DNA from: a virus
Taxonomy: Duplodnaviria > Caudoviricetes
Strand: one strand, 5' to 3'
DNA: 64,000 nucleotides
IMG/VR virus record: IMGVR_UViG_3300031555_005762
Span: 9,367-73,366 of that record
The position numbers were made by a program, and so were the translations under genes. A model generated the notes under the pieces. The model saw only the letters and a list, made by a program, of their open reading frames with translations. It was not told the origin of the DNA and did no database searches. Shown one piece after another: positions 55,388 through 64,000 of this stretch (position 1 is its first letter; each line of letters opens with the position of its first letter).

Positions 55388-56183
55388 TGAGATCGGATAC
55401 GCGGAAGAGATTTTACGGTGCGGTTTCATAACGAGTCATGTATACACAGAAATGTGCATCCTCGTTTTGTATTACCGGGATTTTATGGGGTACAAGCCGA
55501 AACAGTGTAAAGAAGCGCTTGTGAAATTTTGTGAAGAACGGTGGCCGGATTATGAACCCGAGACACATTATGTGACTATCAACCGGGCGATTCGGGCGGC
55601 AGAAAAACATATGCGTCTTGTGACGGTCGGGTATGTAAATGTATTCCGTGAGGACTTTGAGGCAATTGACAGCTACGATGTGAGCTATGATCACAAAAAG
55701 CTGATGTTCACAATTCTTGTGAGTCTTCGGTTGGACAGGTATTACCGGATGCTGAAATTTGACCGGGAATATAAGAGTAACATCTTCTATGGGACAGATT
55801 CTGTGATGCGGAACATTAAGAAGCTGGCCTGTATTCCGAAGGCAGGAGATCTGAACATGACGATGATCCCGGATCTTATTGCGGCAGGAGCTATTACCCC
55901 TCTGCATCGCGGACGGCTGTATTTGGATTTTTTGGATAAGTGCAGCCAGTCCGGAGAATGTGTCATGGAGGTTACCTGCTATGATGATATCGGTTTATAT
56001 TACGATTTATATAACAAGCAGAAAAATGTGACGCTTTGTGAAGTATGTAGTAAGCCTTTTCGGAAGAACAGCAATCGTCAAATGCGGTGTACAGACTGTC
56101 GAGTAAAGGTGAACCGGGAGAGGAAGAATCAGTATATGCTCGAATACATGAGACAATACCGTACGAATCGGCAGGTAAATTAG
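55362..56183 (+). CDS. Conserved protein with C-terminal zinc ribbon, coupled to the RNA polymerase
   Basis: CEVC..F...NRQ.RC.DC; overlaps the polymerase stop. Confidence 0.75.
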   Translation: MIQNRYKYDEIGYAEEILRCGFITSHVYTEMCILVLYYRDFMGYKPKQCKEALVKFCEERWPDYEPETHYVTINRAIRAAEKHMRLVTVGYVNVFREDFEAIDSYDVSYDHKKLMFTILVSLRLDRYYRMLKFDREYKSNIFYGTDSVMRNIKKLACIPKAGDLNMTMIPDLIAAGAITPLHRGRLYLDFLDKCSQSGECVMEVTCYDDIGLYYDLYNKQKNVTLCEVCSKPFRKNSNRQMRCTDCRVKVNRERKNQYMLEYMRQYRTNRQVN

Positions 56184-56228
56184 ACATTTAGAGAACATAT
56201 GGTTTGGTATGGTTTTCCCTGTCCAAAC

Positions 56229-56301
56229 TCAAGATTGGCATGTAATCACTTACTGATGAGTGGGAGGGAGTGGATTTTCCATTCCCTTCTGCCAATTTTG
56301 A
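56229..56301 (+). ncRNA. Candidate three-way-junction RNA element before the late genes
   Basis: 12-bp outer stem TCAAGATTGGCA/TGCCAATTTTGA enclosing two hairpins. Confidence 0.45.
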
Positions 56302-56318
56302 ATACAAGGAGTTTTTGA

Positions 56319-56480
56319 ATGAAAGTAATCAGTGCTGGGCAGGCGGAGTTCCTGCGGAAGAAGTATCCGGAGGTTTATGTAACGGAGATCTGCCGGCAGA
56401 AGAAGGCGAAGCGGAAGAAGTATTTTGTAGAAGAAACTACATTTGCGCTTCGTGTGCTCAAGGAATATGAAGGAGTGTGA
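56319..56480 (+). CDS. 53 aa basic protein (not in ORF track)
   Basis: AAGGAG RBS; MKVISAGQAEFLRKK... Confidence 0.65.
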   Translation: MKVISAGQAEFLRKKYPEVYVTEICRQKKAKRKKYFVEETTFALRVLKEYEGV

Positions 56481-56485
56481 CAGAG

Positions 56486-56653
56486 ATGATTAACAATCAT
56501 AAGTGCCTGAATTGCGACAAGGCTGCGGTTTGTAAGATTGCAGACATTATCGCCAAGTTCTCTGAAGAGGCAAAAAATCCGCTGGGTGTAGATATTACGA
56601 TGGACAAGTGTCTGAACTATCAGCCCGACGAAGATGACGAGGATGACGAATGA
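56486..56653 (+). CDS. 55 aa Cys-motif protein (not in ORF track)
   Basis: AAGGAG RBS; C.NC....VC..C; acidic tail. Confidence 0.65.
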   Translation: MINNHKCLNCDKAAVCKIADIIAKFSEEAKNPLGVDITMDKCLNYQPDEDDEDDE

Positions 56654-57846
56654 TCGAATGGAACAAACGTCCGGACGAGATGGAAGAAGAATACATATAT
56701 CGTATCGGACTCATAAAGGATCAGATCGGTTCCTGGCAGGATGTTGCTGATCTTTTGAACGATCAGCTTGGTCATGAGTATACGGAGTCCAAGTATCGGA
56801 AGCAATTTCAGACATTCCAGAAGATGCTGGCGGCGAACCAAAGAACAGTTGATACCAGCTGTTTTGTGGATGACCTTACAGAAATGACGGTAGAATATGA
56901 AAAGGCTGCCCAGAAATACAGAGATCAGAGAAATGCGTATACGGCGCATTTAAGAAACGAAGCACGGCTGGAGAACATCTATGATCAGCTTCTCAAATCG
57001 GCAAACAGTCTTGCTGATCAGCGGCCTCTGATCGCACTGGTCAAGAATGAAGTTTTGAACAATGATGAGTTGGTGGTTGTTCTTGCTGACTGGCATTATG
57101 GAATGAAAACTGAAAACATCTGGAACCGGTATAATAAAGTTGTATTTTGGAATCGGGTAAGCAAGCTGCTTGGCGAGACAGAATGTATTATCGACACTGT
57201 TCGTCCGGTAGCACTTCATGTGATTTTGCTTGGTGATATGTGTCATGGTGCTATTCATACGTCAGCAAGAGTGGAATCGGATGAGTATGTTAGTGACCAG
57301 CTGATGACGGTTTCTGAATACTTGGCAGAATTTATTGCCCATATAGCAAACAAAGTTTCATATACCAATGTGTACTGTACATACGGGAATCATATGCGGA
57401 CTGTACAGAACAAAAAGGATAGTGTTCATGGTGATAATTTTGAAAAGATTATTCCTTGGTGGCTGTCTGCAAGACTTTCTGATAGGAACGACATACACAT
57501 CATAAATGATCCGGATAATTATGAATTTATCATGTTCGATGCCTGCGGCAGAAAATTCTGTGCAACGCACGGTGATCTGGATTCTGTAAAAGGTTCCGGC
57601 AAGGTACTGAACACTCTGGTTGCGAAAAAGTTTGGCAGTTCTATTGATTATCTGATTCTGGGAGACAAACATCACGATGACAGTCTCTCTGATACCGGGA
57701 TTCGCACAATTGGTGTTGGCAGTCTCTGCGGGACAGATGATTATGGGAATACGAGCAGGCTTTACGATATCCCCAGCCAGACGGTCTTCCATTTGAAACC
57801 GGGCAAGGGGATCTATGCTACATATAATATTGAATTGAACGATTAA
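56650..57846 (+). CDS. YonJ-like metallophosphoesterase with N-terminal HTH
   Basis: LADWHYG, LGDMCHG, YGNH, HGD, GDKHH. Confidence 0.85.
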   Translation: MIEWNKRPDEMEEEYIYRIGLIKDQIGSWQDVADLLNDQLGHEYTESKYRKQFQTFQKMLAANQRTVDTSCFVDDLTEMTVEYEKAAQKYRDQRNAYTAHLRNEARLENIYDQLLKSANSLADQRPLIALVKNEVLNNDELVVVLADWHYGMKTENIWNRYNKVVFWNRVSKLLGETECIIDTVRPVALHVILLGDMCHGAIHTSARVESDEYVSDQLMTVSEYLAEFIAHIANKVSYTNVYCTYGNHMRTVQNKKDSVHGDNFEKIIPWWLSARLSDRNDIHIINDPDNYEFIMFDACGRKFCATHGDLDSVKGSGKVLNTLVAKKFGSSIDYLILGDKHHDDSLSDTGIRTIGVGSLCGTDDYGNTSRLYDIPSQTVFHLKPGKGIYATYNIELND

Positions 57847-57865
57847 AAGGAAAGAAGGAAAACAT

Positions 57866-58168
57866 ATGACTTACAACGAATGGACCCGCTCTTATGCGGC
57901 CTTTGAAAATATTACGATCACAGAAGCTAAGCGCAGACTGGATGCTCTGCAGGATTTTATCATTGGTACACTGGACTCCGGGGAAGACATTCAGGTTCCC
58001 GGGTTTGCCCATATGTATCTGGAAGTGCTGCCGCCTCAGACATTTATCAACCCCAAGACCGGTGAATCTGTTCCGAAGGGGGAACGCCTGAACCTGAAGT
58101 GTGATCTGTCCAAGGTACTGAAGCAGCGCTACAAGGATGCTGACTTCAAGGTTTCCAAGGGTGAATAA
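57866..58168 (+). CDS. HU/IHF-family DNA-binding protein
   Basis: GEDIQVPGF..INPKTGE. Confidence 0.85.
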   Translation: MTYNEWTRSYAAFENITITEAKRRLDALQDFIIGTLDSGEDIQVPGFAHMYLEVLPPQTFINPKTGESVPKGERLNLKCDLSKVLKQRYKDADFKVSKGE

Positions 58169-58170
58169 GT

Positions 58171-59253
58171 ATGCCTACAGGCGGCAAGAAACGGCCTGTT
58201 CTGCAGGCTGCCGCCATACAATCTGCTGACATATATAGATGCTGCAAATGCGGCAAAAAGACTGAGACCCCGAAAGGGGTCTTTCCTTTTATAGCGAAGT
58301 CTACTATCTATGCGTACAATCAGGGGTATGCACATATATGTCTGGATTGTGTAGCGGAGATGACGACAGAGCTTGAGTCGAAATATCATGATCAGAAAAC
58401 GGCATATATTGTGATGTGTCATTATCTGGATGTGTATTTTGATGAAGTCAAATATGAAGAAATGAAGTTCAACAAGGACTTCTCTTTCAAGAGTTATTTC
58501 TCAGCCCTGAACCGTGGTACCGGTACCAAAACATTTCTAGACAATCTGGAAGGTATGGTGCTGACCGGTGCGTTTACCAAATCCGAGGCGGAACTGGAAG
58601 AAGCACAGGAAGCAAAATGGAGCTCCGGAGATAACCGAAACAAGAACTACGTGATTTCAACGGTTGGGTATGATCCGTTCCGGGACACCAATTTGTCACA
58701 GTTTGACCAGCGGTATTTATACAATACTTGCGTGGACTATCTGACTGGGGATGTAGTAGAAGATCCTCACCGCATACAGTGCATTCTGGAACTGGTGAAT
58801 TCTCTGCTGCAGCAGGATAAGATCAATCGGATGATCATGGAGGAACACGCTAAGGCCAGACCAGATCCGAAACGGCTGAAGGATTTGGTGGACATTAAGC
58901 GAGACTATTCCAATGTGGTATCCACCATCGCCAATGAGAACGGGATTTCCCTGAAGGGCTCCGGTAAGAGCCAGAAGGGTTCGAATACACTGACCAAGAT
59001 CATGAAGGATATGGCTGATAAAGACTACGAGGAATGTAAGGCAAATTTCCTTACTGCAAAGATGACGGATTCCTATCAAGAAATTGCTGCCATCAATCTT
59101 CGAGCGATTCAGGATGAACTGAATTTACAGTCTGATGAATATGCTTCTATGGTTTCTGAACAAGCTGTTATGATATCAGGATTTCAGACGGAAATCGACA
59201 AGCTGAAGGAGGAAAACCGTCTTCTGCGGATCGAACTTGCAGGAGGTAAATGA
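58171..59253 (+). CDS. Putative terminase small subunit or packaging accessory (YonG-like position)
   Basis: Zinc-finger CCKCG..HICLDC; immediately upstream of and overlapping terL. Confidence 0.5.
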   Translation: MPTGGKKRPVLQAAAIQSADIYRCCKCGKKTETPKGVFPFIAKSTIYAYNQGYAHICLDCVAEMTTELESKYHDQKTAYIVMCHYLDVYFDEVKYEEMKFNKDFSFKSYFSALNRGTGTKTFLDNLEGMVLTGAFTKSEAELEEAQEAKWSSGDNRNKNYVISTVGYDPFRDTNLSQFDQRYLYNTCVDYLTGDVVEDPHRIQCILELVNSLLQQDKINRMIMEEHAKARPDPKRLKDLVDIKRDYSNVVSTIANENGISLKGSGKSQKGSNTLTKIMKDMADKDYEECKANFLTAKMTDSYQEIAAINLRAIQDELNLQSDEYASMVSEQAVMISGFQTEIDKLKEENRLLRIELAGGK

Positions 59254-61097
59254 TGGGTGCTTATGTATTTGTTAAGCCTTCTGAAAAGGAGCTGTCCCAA
59301 AGGGAGATGGAGACGTTTGATCGATATTGTAAAATCATCCAGTGGGGCCGTGCGCATCCGATAGAGTTCGGTAGACGGTTTTGTGGATTTGATTATTATG
59401 ATTACCAATCGTATCAGATCTATAACACATGGTACTCCATGTTTGCCCTTTGGCTTGTATGTCGAGACGGAGCGAAGACTTATGATATGTCCATGTATAT
59501 CATGCTTCGTTCTATGCTTTTCCCGTATCATGTATCTTATTTTCTTGGAAACACAGGGGAACAGGCAAAAGAAGTCTTTAAGAAGATGGAGAAAATTGCC
59601 AAGAAGGAGATTGCTTCCGCTAAAGGGCTTACAGATGTGTTTATCAATGAGCTGGATAAAAGTGGATCTACCAGTGACGGGTTTATTCACAATCCGGCCA
59701 GCTTCACAACCAGGTTATTTAACGGTTCGGAGATTAACACACTGAATTCAGACATTATCAATATTAAAGGGAAGCGAGCGAATTTTGTTGGTTTCGACGA
59801 AGCAGGTTGGATGTCTGATGAACTTTTTTTACAGGCTGGGCACTTCACTGACCAAAGCGAAGAAGCTATTCTTGGCGAAGGCGTGAATCTTGAACTTGAA
59901 CCGGCTTCGTTTCCCAGACAAATTTTGTATGCTTCTTCTGCTTCTGATACAGATAGTGAATTTTACAAGAAGTTTAAGGATATCTCCCGCCGGATGATGA
60001 TGGGCGACCGGCGGTACTGGGCGTGTAATTTTACCATCGATACGATTTTAACTGCAAAAAGGAACGGCGAACCATATGCTTCGCTGATCTCTAAAGATAA
60101 AGTGGATCATGCTATGCAGAATCCCGAAAAAGGGATGCGCGAACTTTATAATAAGTTTACATCTGATACCCATGAAGGGCAGATCGTGACTCGGCGGAAC
60201 CTGATGAATGTAACTCGTCCGAAGGTACCGGAACTGGCGTATGAGAAAGGCAAACAATACATTATTGCATGGGACTCTGCGCGGTTGAACGACAACTCTA
60301 CCGTTGGGATTGCATCGGTTTACGAGGATCCGGAAACTGGCTGGAATATGGATATTGTCAACTGCGTGAACTTTGTCGATGTTAAGACGAAAAATAAAAC
60401 TCCGATGCGTATGCCGGATCAGGTAGAAGCGTTTAAGACTCTGTTATTGGATTACAACGGCACAGAGTTTGGTGCGCTCGACTATGAAAATATCAAAGCG
60501 GTCATTTGTGACTCCGGGGCCGGGGGACAGATGATTGGTGGTATCAGTGACTATCTGCTGCAGGACTGGGAAGATAAAAAAGGCCACAAGCATCGTGGGA
60601 TTATTGATCCGGATCACAAAGCAAATGAGACAGCAGTTCTGGAATTCCCGGATGCGGTTGAAATTATGAATCTGGTGGATCCGAAGAAATACCGGAACGA
60701 GATCTTTGATGCAGCTGAAAAGATGACAAAACTTGGCGTTGTGCATTTTCCGGCGGAATACGAAGGAAAAGACTTCTTTACATTGATTGATGATAATGAT
60801 GGTAAGGAAGAAACCGTCCAGCTGTCATTTGATGAACAGAACGCTATGGTACAGATTTCCCGAATGAAGGACGAGCTTGTGTTGATGTGCAAGTATTCCA
60901 ACGGCGGGAATGTGACATACAATTTTCCTCCGGACAAGCGAAATAAAGAGCATGATGACCGGGCGTTTACCTATTCTTTGCTCTGCTGGTACCTGGCGAA
61001 ACTTCGTCGGAATGATCAGCGCAGTAATCAGTCGGTAGATGAAAACGATGTGGCTTCCATGATACTGACGCGGAAGCCCTCATATCTTAAAAAATAA
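59250..61097 (+). CDS. terL: Terminase large subunit
   Basis: CRDGAKT Walker A variant, VGFDEAG Walker B, IIAWDSAR and HDDRA nuclease motifs. Confidence 0.9.
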   Translation: MMGAYVFVKPSEKELSQREMETFDRYCKIIQWGRAHPIEFGRRFCGFDYYDYQSYQIYNTWYSMFALWLVCRDGAKTYDMSMYIMLRSMLFPYHVSYFLGNTGEQAKEVFKKMEKIAKKEIASAKGLTDVFINELDKSGSTSDGFIHNPASFTTRLFNGSEINTLNSDIINIKGKRANFVGFDEAGWMSDELFLQAGHFTDQSEEAILGEGVNLELEPASFPRQILYASSASDTDSEFYKKFKDISRRMMMGDRRYWACNFTIDTILTAKRNGEPYASLISKDKVDHAMQNPEKGMRELYNKFTSDTHEGQIVTRRNLMNVTRPKVPELAYEKGKQYIIAWDSARLNDNSTVGIASVYEDPETGWNMDIVNCVNFVDVKTKNKTPMRMPDQVEAFKTLLLDYNGTEFGALDYENIKAVICDSGAGGQMIGGISDYLLQDWEDKKGHKHRGIIDPDHKANETAVLEFPDAVEIMNLVDPKKYRNEIFDAAEKMTKLGVVHFPAEYEGKDFFTLIDDNDGKEETVQLSFDEQNAMVQISRMKDELVLMCKYSNGGNVTYNFPPDKRNKEHDDRAFTYSLLCWYLAKLRRNDQRSNQSVDENDVASMILTRKPSYLKK

Positions 61098-61117
61098 CAG
61101 GAAAGGAGTAGAGCCCG

Positions 61118-62668
61118 ATGGCAAATTTGATTCCCTACAGCGAGGAATACATCGAATCGCTGCAGGAAGCAGAAGAATTTGACATGGATGCGGTACAGGC
61201 ATTTACGGAAGCGTACCATAATACACTGCGGTTTGCGAAGAATGCCCGTAATACGATCCGTGATGCGAATTCTAATGTAAACAAGACCATGTCTCTGAGC
61301 CGGTATACGAAATCCAGCGTGAATACGTATCTGGAAAATCCGGAGACGAATGAAAAACAGCTCCGGGATCTTTCCCGGTACCTGTACAATACAAGTTCTC
61401 AGTACAGACGTCTTCTGCAGTATTTTTCGCAGATGCTTGTCTGGTCGTACATCATGTATCCGATGAATGTGGATGTGATGACGGCAGATCCTGAGGCGAT
61501 CCGAAAGGCATATCTGAAAGCTTTGAAATCCATGAGCGTGATCAATGCGCCCCATGAATTTGGCAAGGCCATGGAAATTTCCATCAAGGAAGGTGTCTTT
61601 TATGGTTTTGTGAATGAGACCAAAGACAGTTTTCAATTTTTGCAGCTTGACCCGGATTATTGCCGGATCAATGCGGTGGAAGACGGTTGCTATACGTACC
61701 AGTTTGACCTGAGCTATTTTGATATGTATGCGGATGAACTGGAACTGTACCCTACAGATTTTCAGTCGGCATACAATTCATATAAGGCGGGTTCTGATAC
61801 GGTGCTTCGTTGGCATGAATTTGACGCCAAGAAGACGGCTTGTTTCAAAGCGGATGAAAGTGTAAACTTCCCTATTCCGCCCTTCGTGTCTCTTTTCTCT
61901 CCTCTGGCTGATATCGAGGATTACAAGAGCATTTCCAAGGATGCTTCTGAATCCAGCAACTACAAGGTTGTTTATCTCAAGATGCCGGTGGATGAAAAGG
62001 GACATCTGAAGGTGCCGAAGCCGCTGTGTATGCAGGCTTACAATGCTTTGCTGTCAATCCTGCCGGATGGTGTAGGGGCGTTCCTGACACCTTTGGATGT
62101 AGATTTTGTTAACTTCAAGCAGAACACGGTGCTTCAGGACACGACACTGGTTGTGGAAGCAGAGAATACATATTGGCGGGCTGCCGGTGTAAATGCGTTG
62201 ATGTTTGGAGCAGGAGACGATCCTTCTTCTTATGCACTGGAAACCAGTATTCACTCTGATGAGTCTGTGTGTTTCCGATTCTTGCGGCAGGTTGAACGGT
62301 GGTGTAACCGTCGGCTGAAACAGATTTCTGGAACGCAGAAATTTGCTGTACAGTTCCTGGATGTGACCCGGTACAACTACAAACAGATGAATGAGTTGTA
62401 TATGAAAATGGGTCAATACGGACGGCCGGTACGTCAGGCAATTGACGCTACACTGTCGTTTACTCCCGATATGACTGCCGGGCTTTCGTTCCTTGAAAAT
62501 ACGGTACTTGCTATGTACAACAATGAAGTACCTATGCAGAGCTCCAACACGATGAGCAGTGATGACGAAGGCGGCAGACCTACCAACGATTCCAAGGGTG
62601 AGGGATTGTCTGAGGCTGGAGAACAGACTGCGGATTCCGGTGGAAATCAGAACCGGGTGACGGAATAA
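61118..62668 (+). CDS. Portal protein
   Basis: 516 aa after terL; LRDLSRYLY..S.QYRRL, IPPF pattern of SPbeta-like portals. Confidence 0.8.
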   Translation: MANLIPYSEEYIESLQEAEEFDMDAVQAFTEAYHNTLRFAKNARNTIRDANSNVNKTMSLSRYTKSSVNTYLENPETNEKQLRDLSRYLYNTSSQYRRLLQYFSQMLVWSYIMYPMNVDVMTADPEAIRKAYLKALKSMSVINAPHEFGKAMEISIKEGVFYGFVNETKDSFQFLQLDPDYCRINAVEDGCYTYQFDLSYFDMYADELELYPTDFQSAYNSYKAGSDTVLRWHEFDAKKTACFKADESVNFPIPPFVSLFSPLADIEDYKSISKDASESSNYKVVYLKMPVDEKGHLKVPKPLCMQAYNALLSILPDGVGAFLTPLDVDFVNFKQNTVLQDTTLVVEAENTYWRAAGVNALMFGAGDDPSSYALETSIHSDESVCFRFLRQVERWCNRRLKQISGTQKFAVQFLDVTRYNYKQMNELYMKMGQYGRPVRQAIDATLSFTPDMTAGLSFLENTVLAMYNNEVPMQSSNTMSSDDEGGRPTNDSKGEGLSEAGEQTADSGGNQNRVTE

Positions 62669-62683
62669 AAAGGAGACTGAACT

Positions 62684-62869
62684 ATGAAGTTTATCTATGT
62701 AAAAGATGAAAAGGTAGAAAAGCAGCTTCGTGCGCAGGGTGTTCCTTTTATTTGTAAATCCGGGCAGTTCTGGGTCTTTGAGAATAATGGAAATATCCAA
62801 CTGAATTTTGAGCACGAAAAGGGCTCTTTTTTCTTTTCGGACAAATTGACATTCAGTGGGGTATTTTGA
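62684..62869 (+). CDS. Small hypothetical protein
   Basis: 61 aa, AGGAG RBS. Confidence 0.7.
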   Translation: MKFIYVKDEKVEKQLRAQGVPFICKSGQFWVFENNGNIQLNFEHEKGSFFFSDKLTFSGVF

Positions 62870-62870
62870 T

Positions 62871-64000
62871 ATGGAAAGAAAATTTATGAGCATTCCCGTG
62901 GAGTACACACTGGCGGATATTGTTGACATTAACGATGATCTGGCCGGCGGCAGTCTGCGGGTTGCGTATACAGGTGATAATCGGAATGGGTCAGTTATTG
63001 AGCAGATTGCTTTTGAAAAAGCGATCCCTACGCTGGCATACAAGCCGGTTGTTGCACATCTGATTGATGAGAAAAATGATTTTGGCGGGCATGATGGTGA
63101 AGTAGAAGAAACGGAAGACGGAGATGTTCGGTATGTGAATATTACGGAACCGGTCGGCGTTGTTCCTGAGCGGACACCATGGAAGTTTGAAGTGGTGGAA
63201 GAAGAAAGTGGAATTCATAATTATTTTACGATCAATGTGATTCTTTGGAAACGCCAGAAATCATTTGATATCATACAAAAGAAGAAGTTTACCAAACACA
63301 GCATGGAAATTGAAGTTCTGGATGGGTATTCAGACAATGAAGGGTATCACATCAATGATTTTAAGTTCCTTGCTTTTTGTTTGTTGGGGGACGATGTGGA
63401 GCCGTGTTTTGAAGGCTCCCGGCTGGAGCTGTTTACTGTGGACAAGTTCAAGGAAGAACTGGAATCGTTCATTGCTGCACTCCAGAATTACAGTGAAACT
63501 CAGCTGCCCTTGGCAGTAGAGTCTTCTGCCGGTAACGGTGGAAATACAGAAAATCAAAGAAAGGAGGACTCGGGAGCATTGAACAGAATTGAGGAATTTA
63601 CCAAAATCGGTTTTGATCCCGAAACTCTGGGACTTGATCTCGATGCGATGTCCGACGAGGATGTAACTGCCAAGGTATTTGAGCTGACCAGCAATCTGAT
63701 GGAGCAGATTCGCGAATGCATGGCGGAACAGACCTTCGACACGGAATGGGGCAAGATCCAGAGATACTGGATGGTGGACACCAATCTTGAAACCAAGGAA
63801 CTGTATTGTTATGACGAACAGGATGGAAAGCTGTATGGCTTCTCCTATTCTATGTCCGGCGATGCTGTAACAGTTGATTGGGAATCCAAGAAGCGGATGA
63901 AGTTTACCATTGTTGAATTTGTAGACGGCGAAGAAGCACATCAGGCCACCTTTGCTGCGGAAGTGATTGCGGCAAGAGACGCTGCGATGACTGCGAAGTA
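62871..64000 (+). CDS. Prohead protease/scaffold (YonD-like), runs off the window end
   Basis: Hand translation MERKFMSIPV..TGDNRNGS..KPVV..FGGH..HSMEI..AFCLLG.DVEPCFEG; no stop before 64000. Confidence 0.75.
   Translation, partial: MERKFMSIPVEYTLADIVDINDDLAGGSLRVAYTGDNRNGSVIEQIAFEKAIPTLAYKPVVAHLIDEKNDFGGHDGEVEETEDGDVRYVNITEPVGVVPERTPWKFEVVEEESGIHNYFTINVILWKRQKSFDIIQKKKFTKHSMEIEVLDGYSDNEGYHINDFKFLAFCLLGDDVEPCFEGSRLELFTVDKFKEELESFIAALQNYSETQLPLAVESSAGNGGNTENQRKEDSGALNRIEEFTKIGFDPETLGLDLDAMSDEDVTAKVFELTSNLMEQIRECMAEQTFDTEWGKIQRYWMVDTNLETKELYCYDEQDGKLYGFSYSMSGDAVTVDWESKKRMKFTIVEFVDGEEAHQATFAAEVIAARDAAMTAK

Noticed and set aside
56253-56260. Hammerhead ribozyme (CTGATGAG core)
   Set aside because: No GAAA after the candidate stem II; the bases fit a simple hairpin better

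Overview
The whole 64 kb looks like part of a large SPbeta-like temperate siphophage or prophage, probably of a Clostridia-type Firmicute (sigma-A promoters, GGAGG ribosome-binding sites, genetic code 11). Genes run leftward on the minus strand from about 37.7 kb to position 1 and rightward on the plus strand from 39.6 kb, separated by a ~1.9 kb ORF-free divergent region. Left arm: many small early/hypothetical genes, a ParB-like gene, DUF932, a gp88-like gene, a MazF + catalytically dead tyrosine-recombinase-fold (MrpR-like) operon, a divergent ArgR, a ThyX-like gene, a kinase-phosphatase-ligase RNA-repair enzyme, a vWA protein and a divergent PurA-like ligase. Right arm: a YonV-like SF2 helicase-type gene, three FETNSSS-motif paralogs with a radical SAM enzyme, a YonO-like single-subunit RNA polymerase, then metallophosphoesterase, HU, terminase, portal and the start of a prohead protease/scaffold gene. 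Best finds: (1) the polymerase is split by three related group I introns, and its catalytic DFDYD motif is assembled from three exons, one only 6 nt long; (2) an uncharacterised FETNSSS x3 + radical SAM module; (3) a transcription-oriented motif AAAGAAGWWGTTACCA at 8 sites, including a 3-copy array; (4) several candidate structured RNAs, including a tRNA-elbow mimic upstream of argR. Family assignments come from motif recognition by eye and recalled family knowledge; no database search or folding program was run.
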